Of a stretch of 64,000 nucleotides of DNA, positions 18,952-29,800 are shown one piece after another. Under the pieces are notes generated by a model. That model searched no databases. It had not been told where the DNA came from and saw nothing but the letters and a program-made list of their open reading frames with translations. Source of the DNA: a virus. Lineage: Duplodnaviria > Caudoviricetes. The translations under genes and the position numbers were made by a program. Numbering within the stretch: the stretch's first letter is position 1; each line of letters opens with the position of its first letter. The stretch spans positions 2,245 through 66,244 of the IMG/VR virus record IMGVR_UViG_3300034044_000048; one strand, given 5' to 3'.

Positions 18952-20787
18952 ATGAAGCAATTTATTAAGAAAAATAAAAGAAAAGTTTCTAGTAAAGAAA
19001 ATAACTTTACTACTTCAGAATCAGTCATTTCAAATAAAGATAACAATTTTATGACATGGCTAACTACTTCTGCTATGATGTCACAAACTGATAAACTTAA
19101 TATGTTTAATGACAAAGCAGAAGATGGTAAAGAATTTATAGATTGGAATAATCAACCTATAACTGTTGATAATAGAAATGGAACTTATCAAAAAACAAAT
19201 AATAATATAGAGAGCTTTAAAAATGAATATTTAAAAGGTTTATCTCATGATCAAAATATATTAAGAAACATAATTCCATTAGTTGATACTTTAACAGGAC
19301 CTAAAAAATTTGAATATAAAGGTGAAATAGTACCAGAAGGATTTGATGCAAATGGTATTAAAGTAAATGATATTAGTAAAAGTGGTTTTCTTAACAGAAA
19401 TAGAACTTTAAATTATACATTAGAAGGAAGTGATAATTATAAACCAACTGATCCTAATAAATTAAAGAAACAAAACATAAATCAAGAACAAGAAATAAAT
19501 AAAATTTTTAATAATAAGGATTTAAAGGAGAATGAAAGTGATATACCTGTGTTAAATCAAGATCAACTAAAAGGAGCGGGTTATGAAGATTATCAATATT
19601 CACAACCTTCTAATATAAAACCTTCAACTACAAAATTTAATCCTCAAGATTTTCCAAACATGCTTTCTCTTTTTGAAAATGGAGGTTATTATGATCCAAA
19701 TACAGGGATGATGTTTTCTGAAGGAGGTCCTGTAAATCCAAATTCAGAAGTTAAAAAGAGATATATAAAAGACATAAATACACATGTTGTAACCCCAGAT
19801 ACTGGATATATTTTTAAAAATCAAGAAAACAATCCAGATGAGGTTTATTATCCTGATAATGATTTTGGTGAAGAAGAGTCTTTTAATCCAGGTGTATATT
19901 CTGATGTTTCTCTTATAAATGGAGTTAATCTTTTAATGTCTGGAGATTTAAATGGTCGTGAGAAAATGTTAAAAAAAGTAAATAGGAATAACTTTTTAGG
20001 TTATCATGGTTTCAGAGGAAAAGATTGGAAAAATGGAATGTCTAAAGAAGAAATTGATAACTTTAAGAAAGAAAATCCATTTTTTGAAAAAGGTAGAAAA
20101 AGAATCATTAATTATGATCTTAGAAATAATATAGATACTCCTGAAAAAAGAGTTGAATACAAGCATCTTGATAAAGCTGAAATGGGAACCTTTTTTCCAA
20201 CAGATGGTTATGATCCAACATTACTGAATGATATGTTTGGATCAAAAGGTTTTAGAGATTTATCAAGTATGGATCCTTCTCAATTAACAACCACACACGG
20301 TTCAATGGATTTTACAAAAGCATTAGGGGATAAAGTTGCAGAAAACACAGGAACTCCTAAAACTGAATTAGACCCTAGACCTTCTCCTTATGAAGATGAT
20401 AGTCCGGACCTTTATGAAGGAAATGCTGAGTTTAAAAGAGTGTCAAGATTTAAAGATAATCCTGCAGCACAATCTTTAGCAATATCTGCTGGTATAAATA
20501 CAATAAATGCTATAGGAAATAAAGTTAGAACTAATAAAAGAGAAGAGGCTTTAAGAAAAAAAATATCTGACCCTTTTAGTTATTATGGTGTATCAGGTTC
20601 AGATAGAGGAGATTACATGTTTAATACCCCAACAGGTCCAAACTTTAGACCAGATGATTATACAAGAATAGGATATGGTACTAAAAATGCTTCTTTAGGT
20701 TTAGAAGTAGGCTCAGAACTTGAATTATCAGATGCTGAAATTGAAGCTCTAAAAGAACAAGGATATGAAATTGAATATTTAGATTAA
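18952..20787 (+). CDS. Putative virion cargo/internal protein
   Basis: 611 aa, no Cys seen, low complexity, FxxGG motifs; first gene after the muzzle gene. Confidence 0.55.
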   Translation: MKQFIKKNKRKVSSKENNFTTSESVISNKDNNFMTWLTTSAMMSQTDKLNMFNDKAEDGKEFIDWNNQPITVDNRNGTYQKTNNNIESFKNEYLKGLSHDQNILRNIIPLVDTLTGPKKFEYKGEIVPEGFDANGIKVNDISKSGFLNRNRTLNYTLEGSDNYKPTDPNKLKKQNINQEQEINKIFNNKDLKENESDIPVLNQDQLKGAGYEDYQYSQPSNIKPSTTKFNPQDFPNMLSLFENGGYYDPNTGMMFSEGGPVNPNSEVKKRYIKDINTHVVTPDTGYIFKNQENNPDEVYYPDNDFGEEESFNPGVYSDVSLINGVNLLMSGDLNGREKMLKKVNRNNFLGYHGFRGKDWKNGMSKEEIDNFKKENPFFEKGRKRIINYDLRNNIDTPEKRVEYKHLDKAEMGTFFPTDGYDPTLLNDMFGSKGFRDLSSMDPSQLTTTHGSMDFTKALGDKVAENTGTPKTELDPRPSPYEDDSPDLYEGNAEFKRVSRFKDNPAAQSLAISAGINTINAIGNKVRTNKREEALRKKISDPFSYYGVSGSDRGDYMFNTPTGPNFRPDDYTRIGYGTKNASLGLEVGSELELSDAEIEALKEQGYEIEYLD

Positions 20788-20788
20788 T

Positions 20789-23098
20789 ATGAGAAAGATA
20801 AAAATAAAGAAAAAACCATCTAAATCTAATTTAAAAAAATTTTTAGAAGGAGGAAATATTAAATCTGTTAATAGAGGAAATGCTAACATTGAAGCAGAAA
20901 AAGGAGAAAGTGTTGTTGTTTCTGGAAATGATGGTTTAGATGAACATTATTCAATAGGTGGTAAAAAACATTCACAAGGAGGTACCCCTTTAAGTTTAGA
21001 TACTGGTTCTTTTATTTTTTCTGATAATAAAAAGAAATTAAAAATAAAAGATAAAAATATTTTAGAAGATTTTGGAATAACAGGAAGTAAAGGTAAGACT
21101 CCATCAGAAATAGCTAAAAAGTTTGATATAAATAAATATAAAAAAGTATTAAAAGATCCAAACTCTGATAAGCTAGAAAAAGAAACAGCTAAAAAGATGA
21201 TTAACAATTATAATATGAAATTATCTAAACTAGCTTTACTTCAAGAAGGCATGAAAGGATTTCCTAATGGGATACCTCAAATGGCTATGCCTTATGTTGA
21301 AGCAAAAGGTTTAGGAGATTACATAGGACAATTGAGTCAATCATTACAACAACAAAATATGCAGCAATCTCCTCAATTTAAAAATGGAGGTTCTATTCCT
21401 AAATATGCTAATGGTGGACCTGGAGATCCAGAAAAGAAAAAAACAATAGACCCTAAGTATAAAAAGAATCCTATTTATGACCAATCTTCAGATCAATTTG
21501 ATTGGAATAATATAAAAGTAGGAGATGTAATAAAAACTAAAGATGGTAAATGGGTTACTGTTAAAAATATTCCTAAAAAATATGATTATACACAAGAAGA
21601 CTTTAAGACAGTTTTTAATAATGATGAAACAGTAGCTGATAACTATGCTTATTTAGAAGCAATGTTTAATGATCCTGAAATAAAAAAGGAGTATGCAGAA
21701 AAAGTAAGAAAAGCATTATTAAATAAAGACTATTACAAAAGTAAGTATGGGAATACTTCAGAAATGTATGATGAAGATTATATTAATGGTTTAGACGAAG
21801 ATCAAATTATAAAGCATTTTCTTACTGGTCAAAAAAGAAACATGTCATTACAAGCACATAAAATTGACCCTAAAGATTTTAATGATGTAGGTAGTGGTTT
21901 TAAAAAGGGCTTGTCTGAAGATAAAAAAGCATATTATGAAAAATTAGGTATTAAATCTTTACCAGAAGCTTTTGAATATGCAGGAATACCTATCACAGAA
22001 GAAAATATAAAAGGTGGAGATTTAGGAATACAACAAGCAACTTATTGGGGATATAATGATTTATTAAAAGAAAAAGATAAATATTCCCCAGAAATGCAAC
22101 AAAAACTATCTAATTTTGATATTCCACAATATGGTGAATCAGATGAACCTTTAGTTGCTACAATATCTCCAATAGATTCAAAAGGTAAAAACTTATGGGG
22201 AAATACTTCAGCTGGACAATTATCAGTAGTTAAAGGTAATAATTTTGAATATGAACCAATTGAATTAGAAGATGAACCTATTAAACCAATAGAAGACCCT
22301 GAATACAAACAAGATACTGCAAGAGATGAGTGGTGGGCACAAGATTTAGGTAATATGGGTAATCTGTTTGGTCAAAGAATGAGATTAAAAAAATATTTAC
22401 CAAATTCAGCTCAAATAGATTTAGAAGATCCTGAAGTTGTTTATTATGATCCATCAAGAGCTTTAGCTGCAAATGCTGAACAGTCTAATATAGCAGCTCA
22501 ATCTGTAACTGCTTTTGCAGGACCTCAAAGCACTCATAGATTAACAGGGATACAAGGTAAGTCTTTTGCTAATGCAGCTAATACATTAAGTAATTATGAA
22601 GATAAAAATGTTGCTGTTGCAAATAATTATTTACAAAATGTAAATCAAATTCATAATAAAGAAAATTTAGCTAATGCTCAAAGGATGAATACTTTACATG
22701 ATCAAACCACAATAGCTAATCAACAGTATGATAATTCAAGAAGACAAGCTAATAGAAATTTATTTGAGGCTTGGAGACAAGGTTTAACAAATAAAAAGAT
22801 GACACAAGCTGTTAATTCTATGTTTGACCAATATGAAACAATTCCTTCATTTGGTGGCGGTGTTTATTTTAAAGAAGGAAGACCTCAAGATCCATCAAAA
22901 GGATCAAGTTCTTCACAGACTTCTACTGATTATATATCTGCTTACAGAAAATTAAAAGAACAAAATCCAGATGTTCCTGATCAAATATTGAAAAAACAAT
23001 TAGACTCACAATTTTCTAACACTCAACAATCTTTTGAAGATCCTGAATTAGAAAAAAAGAAACAATATTTAAAAATGATTTCTGGAATATTGGGATAA
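20789..23098 (+). CDS. Putative virion cargo protein
   Basis: N-terminal NIEAEKGE...GGKKHSQGGTPL...FIFSD domain typical of crAss cargo proteins; Gln/Asn/Ala-rich helical C-terminus. Confidence 0.6.
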   Translation: MRKIKIKKKPSKSNLKKFLEGGNIKSVNRGNANIEAEKGESVVVSGNDGLDEHYSIGGKKHSQGGTPLSLDTGSFIFSDNKKKLKIKDKNILEDFGITGSKGKTPSEIAKKFDINKYKKVLKDPNSDKLEKETAKKMINNYNMKLSKLALLQEGMKGFPNGIPQMAMPYVEAKGLGDYIGQLSQSLQQQNMQQSPQFKNGGSIPKYANGGPGDPEKKKTIDPKYKKNPIYDQSSDQFDWNNIKVGDVIKTKDGKWVTVKNIPKKYDYTQEDFKTVFNNDETVADNYAYLEAMFNDPEIKKEYAEKVRKALLNKDYYKSKYGNTSEMYDEDYINGLDEDQIIKHFLTGQKRNMSLQAHKIDPKDFNDVGSGFKKGLSEDKKAYYEKLGIKSLPEAFEYAGIPITEENIKGGDLGIQQATYWGYNDLLKEKDKYSPEMQQKLSNFDIPQYGESDEPLVATISPIDSKGKNLWGNTSAGQLSVVKGNNFEYEPIELEDEPIKPIEDPEYKQDTARDEWWAQDLGNMGNLFGQRMRLKKYLPNSAQIDLEDPEVVYYDPSRALAANAEQSNIAAQSVTAFAGPQSTHRLTGIQGKSFANAANTLSNYEDKNVAVANNYLQNVNQIHNKENLANAQRMNTLHDQTTIANQQYDNSRRQANRNLFEAWRQGLTNKKMTQAVNSMFDQYETIPSFGGGVYFKEGRPQDPSKGSSSSQTSTDYISAYRKLKEQNPDVPDQILKKQLDSQFSNTQQSFEDPELEKKKQYLKMISGILG

Positions 23099-23153
23099 AT
23101 GTTTAAACTTAAAAGGTTTAAAATTATTAAATAATAAATATTAATTTAGCAAT

Positions 23154-26100
23154 ATGGCTACTTATTTACAAGGAATAACAGATATAATACCACAAGTACA
23201 ACCTTGGGATCCAAATTTAAATTTTTACAGTTCTATATTAGGAACAAAACAACAAAAATATAATCAAGGTTGGCAACAGGTTAATAATATCTATAGTAGT
23301 GTTTTAAATTCTCCTATGATGAGAGAAGATACAAATGCTAAAAGAGATCAATTTTTTAAAGATATTGAAAATCAAATAAAACAACTTTCATCTGTTGATT
23401 TATCTTTAGCTCAAAATATAGATATGGCGGGTGAAATATTTAAACCTTTTTATGAAGATGAATTAATATTAAAGGATTTAGGATTTACAAAAAAATATCA
23501 AGATGAAATGGCTTTAGCAGATAGATATAGAAAATGTCTTGATGATTCTTGTAAAGGTAAATATTGGAAAGGTGGTGTTAAAGCTTTACAATATCAAGCT
23601 GAAGATTTTAGAAATGCAGATAAAAACTCTGCTTTAAGAGCTTCTTTACCTGAATACACCCCATATGTAAATGCTATGGAGAAATATAGTAAAGCTATTA
23701 AAGATATGGGTTTTTCTATGACTTATGATGAAATAAAGGGAGGTTATATAGTAACTACAAAAAACGGTCCTAAATTACAAGCTCCTTTAATGAATTTTAT
23801 AATGTCAAGATTTGGTGATGATCCTGAATTAAATGATTTTTATAATACTAAATCTTATTTAATGTTAAAAGAAAACCCTGAACAAGCTACAATGATGTAT
23901 CAAGCAGCAATGATGTCTCAGGGTCAATTAAATGAAGAAGACGTAAAAAAAGAAGTAGAATCAGTAGATTTACAGAATAAATATCAAAAAAGTAAAGCTG
24001 ATATTAAAAAACTAAGAGAAGAAGAAGCAGGTAGAAAACAAGTAATAGAACAAAGACTTAACATTTTACAAGAAGAAAAGAAAAAAGGAAATATAATTCC
24101 AGGTTCAAAAGCTGAAATGAGTTTTCAACAATTAATTGAAGCATATAATAATCAAGAAATATCTTTAAAAAATCTTGATAGTGTAAATAAAACAATTAGA
24201 ACAATTGATCAAAATTTAAAAGATCTTGGTATTAATGCTCAAAAAGAACAAGTTCAAGCTGTTATAGCAAATTCTATGAAATATGGAGACATGATGGCTT
24301 CTGCTTCTATAATGGCTTTTAGAGATTTTGAACAAAAAATAAAAAAAGATCCTTATGCTTCAGCAAGATATAAATATTCTCTTGAAAATTCAAAAAGTTA
24401 TTCAGGTGAGGGAAGTAATAAAAATGGATCAAATGCTTTAAACACTATTAGTGAGAGTCCTTTATCTGCTTCTTTAAATAAGGGTTCTTTAACAAAAAGT
24501 AATAAAACTTATATTAAAAAGAAAACATCTTCTTATTTAGAAGAACTTAAAGATTCAGGTAAAATTAGTAAAGCAGATTATGAAAAGTTAAATGATAATT
24601 TAAACGTTGGTGATTATAACACTTTTAAAGAAATTGTGTTTAAAACTGAACAATTATATAATAATCATCTTTTAGAAAAGGAACAAAAACAAAATGAAAT
24701 TAAATCTGTAAAACCTTTAGGCAAAGATTATGGTGATAATGAACTAATAAAAGACATTGAAAAAGCACAAGATTCTGGTCAAAATTCAGATTATTATAAA
24801 GCTTTTTCTAAATATCAACATAAACAAAAGTATAAAGCTTCTGTTTATGTACAAAAAGCAAATGAATTAAAAAATTCTTTAAATAATAAATATTTAAATG
24901 CTGTTGTAACATCTGCTAAAAATGGTAATGAAAAAGCTTTACAAGAAATATTATATATAGGAGATAATGTACAAAATCTTAAAAAATCAACTTATTTTAG
25001 TACATTGCCAAAAGGTGTTAAAGAAGTATTAAATGAATTTCCGCATACTAAAGATCCTTCTAATTTAACAGCAGAAAATTTATATAAACTTTCATCTATT
25101 GCAAATGATGGTAGTTTATTAAATATTTTAGGAGACCCCGCAAAAGTTAATAAAATACTGTTTGATGAAGATGGTGTTTATAATAAAAAAGATTATAACT
25201 CTTCAAATCCTGACATGAGTACAATGTCTGAAGAAGATTTAAAAAAGTATAACTATATATTAAACAATGAAGTTGTAGAATTTAATAGAAGGTTTGGTAA
25301 AGAAGAAGAAATTTCTTTTTATGATGAATGGATAAAAGAAAATTTAGATATAAAAGCAGATTTATTAGTTGCAAAAACACTAGATGCTTCTTATAATACA
25401 TTAGTAGATAATCATAATAAACAAGTAAAACAAATTGTAAATAAATTATCAGGTAAATTTCCTTTAGATGATAGTACATTAAGTGAAGCTGAAGGTTTAT
25501 CTGGAATTATAGCAAGAAATTTATTTGAATTTAAAGATGGAGATTTTGCAAGATTAAAAAGTTTTAGAGAAATAGAAGAAGAATTATATAAAACAAAATA
25601 TAGACCTTCTTTTTACACTACTACAAGAGATAGTTGGGGGGATTGGGACTCTTGGAGGGAGGCTGGAAGTAGCCCTTTGCAGACTTTAACTATATCTGAA
25701 TTAGAACAATCTAATAATGATGCTGGATCTGAAACAAGTGCAAGATATAAACCTTCAACTGTTTTAAATTTATTAGCTAATTCAGAAGCTTATACCCCAT
25801 ATGTAGAACCTTTTAAAGATGAAATTTATGATAAGGATAAAGTATGGAAATTAGCAAATAGTTTATCTAAAAATTATAATGAAAATCCTTTTAAAATTTT
25901 AAAACATAATGAAGATAAATTAAACTTAAAAAGAGTTGGAAATAAATTAGAAATTTCATTAAAACCTGAGTATAAAAAAGAATTAGGGTTCAATGATAAA
26001 GTTATAGTTAATTTTGAAGATGTTGAAGTAAATGATCCTTTATTAGAAGCTGTATGGGATGATGGTGTTACAGCTTATCAACAGATTGTTACTGAATTTA

Positions 26101-26876
26101 CTAAAAATTTATCAGAAGTAATTTCATCATCTGATAGTGGTTTAAAAGGAAAAGGTCAGTTTATTGCTGACACTCAGCTTTTTGATGTTCCTACTAATAC
26201 TTCCTCTGATTTATGGGGCTATTCTAAAGATTTAATTGAAACAGTATTAACTAATAACCCACTTAAAACAGAAAGTGAATTAAATAAAGATGATAAAAAA
26301 GAATTTGGGTATTTTTTATTAAATGAATATAACTCATGGATGGAAGACTATACTGTGGGTCAAAATGATAAGTTTAAACCTGCTTCTATTGAATATAATC
26401 CAATTAAAGGAAGTGTATATAATAGTGAAATGAAAATTACTTTTCCATCAACCTTTATAGAAGATGTGTCTAAAAAATTAGATTTAGAAGAAAAAGAAGT
26501 AAAAAAAATGACAGAACCTTATGTTTTTAATATTAAAAATGATGAATCAAAAATAAAAAAAGCTACTCAATACAAACCTTTAAATACAATTGTTCCTAAT
26601 CCAGGAGATGAATTTACAATAGATTCAGGTTTTGGAAATAGCAATATTACTTTTCAAAATATTAATGGTAATCTTTATTATAAGGTTAATGTTCCTAGAT
26701 TTAATGAAACAACAAATGAAATTGTAGAAAGTTTTGAAAGTGATCAATTACCTAAAGATTATAGTTTAGAAGATTTTTTTAAAAATTATGTTCCTTATTT
26801 ATATACACTTGAGGAAGCAAAAAATCAAATTTTAAAAGAAATAAATGGAAAAACCAAACAACAACCTACCGAGTAA
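23154..26876 (+). CDS. Large virion cargo/ejection protein
   Basis: 1240 aa, mostly helical/coiled coil, MATYLQG start; within the cargo block. Confidence 0.55.
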   Translation: MATYLQGITDIIPQVQPWDPNLNFYSSILGTKQQKYNQGWQQVNNIYSSVLNSPMMREDTNAKRDQFFKDIENQIKQLSSVDLSLAQNIDMAGEIFKPFYEDELILKDLGFTKKYQDEMALADRYRKCLDDSCKGKYWKGGVKALQYQAEDFRNADKNSALRASLPEYTPYVNAMEKYSKAIKDMGFSMTYDEIKGGYIVTTKNGPKLQAPLMNFIMSRFGDDPELNDFYNTKSYLMLKENPEQATMMYQAAMMSQGQLNEEDVKKEVESVDLQNKYQKSKADIKKLREEEAGRKQVIEQRLNILQEEKKKGNIIPGSKAEMSFQQLIEAYNNQEISLKNLDSVNKTIRTIDQNLKDLGINAQKEQVQAVIANSMKYGDMMASASIMAFRDFEQKIKKDPYASARYKYSLENSKSYSGEGSNKNGSNALNTISESPLSASLNKGSLTKSNKTYIKKKTSSYLEELKDSGKISKADYEKLNDNLNVGDYNTFKEIVFKTEQLYNNHLLEKEQKQNEIKSVKPLGKDYGDNELIKDIEKAQDSGQNSDYYKAFSKYQHKQKYKASVYVQKANELKNSLNNKYLNAVVTSAKNGNEKALQEILYIGDNVQNLKKSTYFSTLPKGVKEVLNEFPHTKDPSNLTAENLYKLSSIANDGSLLNILGDPAKVNKILFDEDGVYNKKDYNSSNPDMSTMSEEDLKKYNYILNNEVVEFNRRFGKEEEISFYDEWIKENLDIKADLLVAKTLDASYNTLVDNHNKQVKQIVNKLSGKFPLDDSTLSEAEGLSGIIARNLFEFKDGDFARLKSFREIEEELYKTKYRPSFYTTTRDSWGDWDSWREAGSSPLQTLTISELEQSNNDAGSETSARYKPSTVLNLLANSEAYTPYVEPFKDEIYDKDKVWKLANSLSKNYNENPFKILKHNEDKLNLKRVGNKLEISLKPEYKKELGFNDKVIVNFEDVEVNDPLLEAVWDDGVTAYQQIVTEFTKNLSEVISSSDSGLKGKGQFIADTQLFDVPTNTSSDLWGYSKDLIETVLTNNPLKTESELNKDDKKEFGYFLLNEYNSWMEDYTVGQNDKFKPASIEYNPIKGSVYNSEMKITFPSTFIEDVSKKLDLEEKEVKKMTEPYVFNIKNDESKIKKATQYKPLNTIVPNPGDEFTIDSGFGNSNITFQNINGNLYYKVNVPRFNETTNEIVESFESDQLPKDYSLEDFFKNYVPYLYTLEEAKNQILKEINGKTKQQPTE

Positions 26877-29800
26877 TAACTTATTAAATAGTGAAAATAC
26901 TCCAGAGAATCCTCATAAAGAATTAGTAAAACAATTTAATGAATCAGTAAGTAGTTCATTTAAAAATGTTTTAGATAAAAAAAGTTATTATACTAAACCT
27001 AAATTTGGAACAACTTCTGAATTTGGTGATTATGATACTTTTACTCATCTTTATGACCATAGTGCTTTTGATAAACTAGGCTTTAACCCTTATAGAGATA
27101 ATGAAAGTTATTATAATGAAAATACAGATTGGTATTCAGATTTAGGAAGAACTACAAGTAATTGGTTTGAATTGGCAAAGTTACCTTTTCAAGAAGTAGC
27201 TGGTACATATACACCTCAACAAGAAGCTTTTTATTATGGAGAAGCTGCAAGGAGAGGTTCAACATCAAGAGGTGGAACTTTTGGTTTTGTTAATGATTTA
27301 TATCTTAATTCAGGTTATACTATTGGTTTAATGGCTGAAATAGGACTTGAAACTTTAGCATTAGCAGGATTAGAAGCTATAACGGCAGGGGGTGCTTCCG
27401 GTTTAGTAGCAGGAAGATTTGCACAAAAAGCTTTTAAATTAGGAAAAGGTTTAACTAAAGGTTTAGGTACTGCTGAAAAAGGAGCAGCTACTATTCAAAA
27501 AGGTTTATCAGTTGCTGAAAAAAGTAAAAAACTAAAAAATACTCTTGAATCTATAAATGCTTTAAAAGATGCTAATAAAGCTAAATCTTTTTGGAACGCA
27601 GAAAGAGCAGGTGGAAAAATTTTAAATACATTAAATCCTTTATCAGGAACCACAGAAATTATAAAAGGATTAAAAAACGGAGATGCTGCTTTAAGCGGGT
27701 TGCCAGGATTAACAAAATCTGCAATTGCTTTTTATGAAGATGTTAGAGATTTAAGGTTAGTTCATTCTGAATCTTTATTAGAATCTGGTTTTGCTATGAA
27801 TGATACCTATGACCAATTATATAAAGAATATGTTGATAAATATAAAAAAGAACCTAGTAAAGGAGATTTAGAAGACATGCAAAAAAAGGCTTTAAATGCT
27901 GGTAGTATGGCTTATTATTCTAATTTAGGTTTGATATATGCAACAAATGCAATTACTTTTAAGTCTATATTTAGAAAATACGGTTATAAATTTGGAGATG
28001 ATACTTTTGATTTTGGAGTTGGTAAAATAAAATACAATAAAGGTAATTTAAAAAAGGGGAAACCTGTTGCTTCTTATGAGGCTAATAAATCATGGAGAGA
28101 ATCAATTAAATCTGGATTTCAAAAAAGTAAAAAATTATTTAAAAAAGAAACATGGACTATTCCAAAATTAAAAAGTTTTACTTACTCAAATGCAATGTCA
28201 GGATTAAAAACTGGGCTAAGCTATACTAAAAAGAATTTTTCAGAAGGGATTCAAGAACTTGGTCAAGAAATTATTCAAGATTTAAGTATTCAATATTATA
28301 AAGATGATTATAATAGAACAATAAGAGGTGGTTATTGGAATTATCTTGCTAAATCAAGTTCTAAATTTTTATCTGGGGAAGGATTAAATGTGTTTGCTTC
28401 CGGGTTTTTTATGGGATCTGTTGTTGGAGGTGTACACGGAATACAAAATAAAATTGTTGAAAAAACTCCAAATATTTATAAAAAAGTTTTTAAAAAAGAA
28501 GATTATGAAAAAGGTATTTTAGATAAAGAAAGAAAAGAAAAACAAATAAAAAAACAAGTTGAGATTATAAATAAAGTTGTATCAGATCCAATAAAATTTT
28601 TTAATAAAATTCATGATGTAGTAGATTTAACTAATGTAAGTAATGAATTAGAAAAAAAAGGTAATGAAAAAAGGATTAAAGAATATATGGATTTAAAAGA
28701 TGAAGAAGATGCCTTATCCTTTTTAAATATCATAAATTCTTCTCAATTTGATAATATTTTAGAAACTTTAGATGAATATAAAAAATTCAATTTAGAAGAT
28801 TTAAAAGAACATTTTGGAGATTCTTATACTGATGAAGATTTAATGGATTTTAGAAATGATATAGATAATAAAAAAGATAAAATTAAAAAATTTAAAAAAG
28901 TTTCTGATTACATTAATGAAGAATTTGAAAATCCATTTGCTGTAGATTTTAATTTAATAGAAGATGAGAAAGAAAAAGAAAAAGCTCAAATAAAATTTAT
29001 AAGCTTTGAAAAAGCAAAAGAAGAAGTGATAAAGAAGCAATATTCTTTAATGAGAACTTTAGATAGACAAAAGAGTTTATATGATAAAATAGTAAGTGAA
29101 TATTCACCTCTTTCTGACAAAGCTTCTTCTATTGATTTTGAAGTATTATTAGATCAAGAAACTTTTGATAAAGAAATACAATTTATAACTGAAGAAATAA
29201 AAAATTTAGAAGAAACAATTAAATATGAATCAAAAAATAAAGATTTAAAAGAAGAATTAAAATATAAAAAAGAAAAATTAGAAAGTCTTAAAAAAATTGG
29301 AGATATTATTCATCAAAAGAACCGTATTTCTGAAATACTTGAAGAGAAAGCTAAAGAATTAAATAAAGATTTAGTAGGAGCCATTGTCAGAACTAAAAAC
29401 GGAACTGTTTCAAAAATAGTAGATAAAGTTTTTAAAAGAAAAGGAGAACCTGTATATAAACTTGAAAATGGATTTCATATATTACAAAATGAAGTTGAAA
29501 AAGTTTTAAAAAGAAATTCTGAAGTAATCAGAGAAGATTTAGAGGTTGATTCATTTAAAGAATTTCAAAAAGCTTTTAATGAATATTTTAATGTTATAGG
29601 TTTAGGTAATAAAAGTTATGAAAAAAACAAATTAATAAATAAAATAACACAAGAAATATTAGATTATAAAGTATTAACATTGGATGGTAAAAATCTTCAT
29701 GAGGAGGTTCAATTTTTATTAGACCCTGAAGGATTTTCTGAACAAGTAGATAGAACTGAAAAAGTTTTTGAATATCATTGGGAAAACAGAAAAGAAGAAA

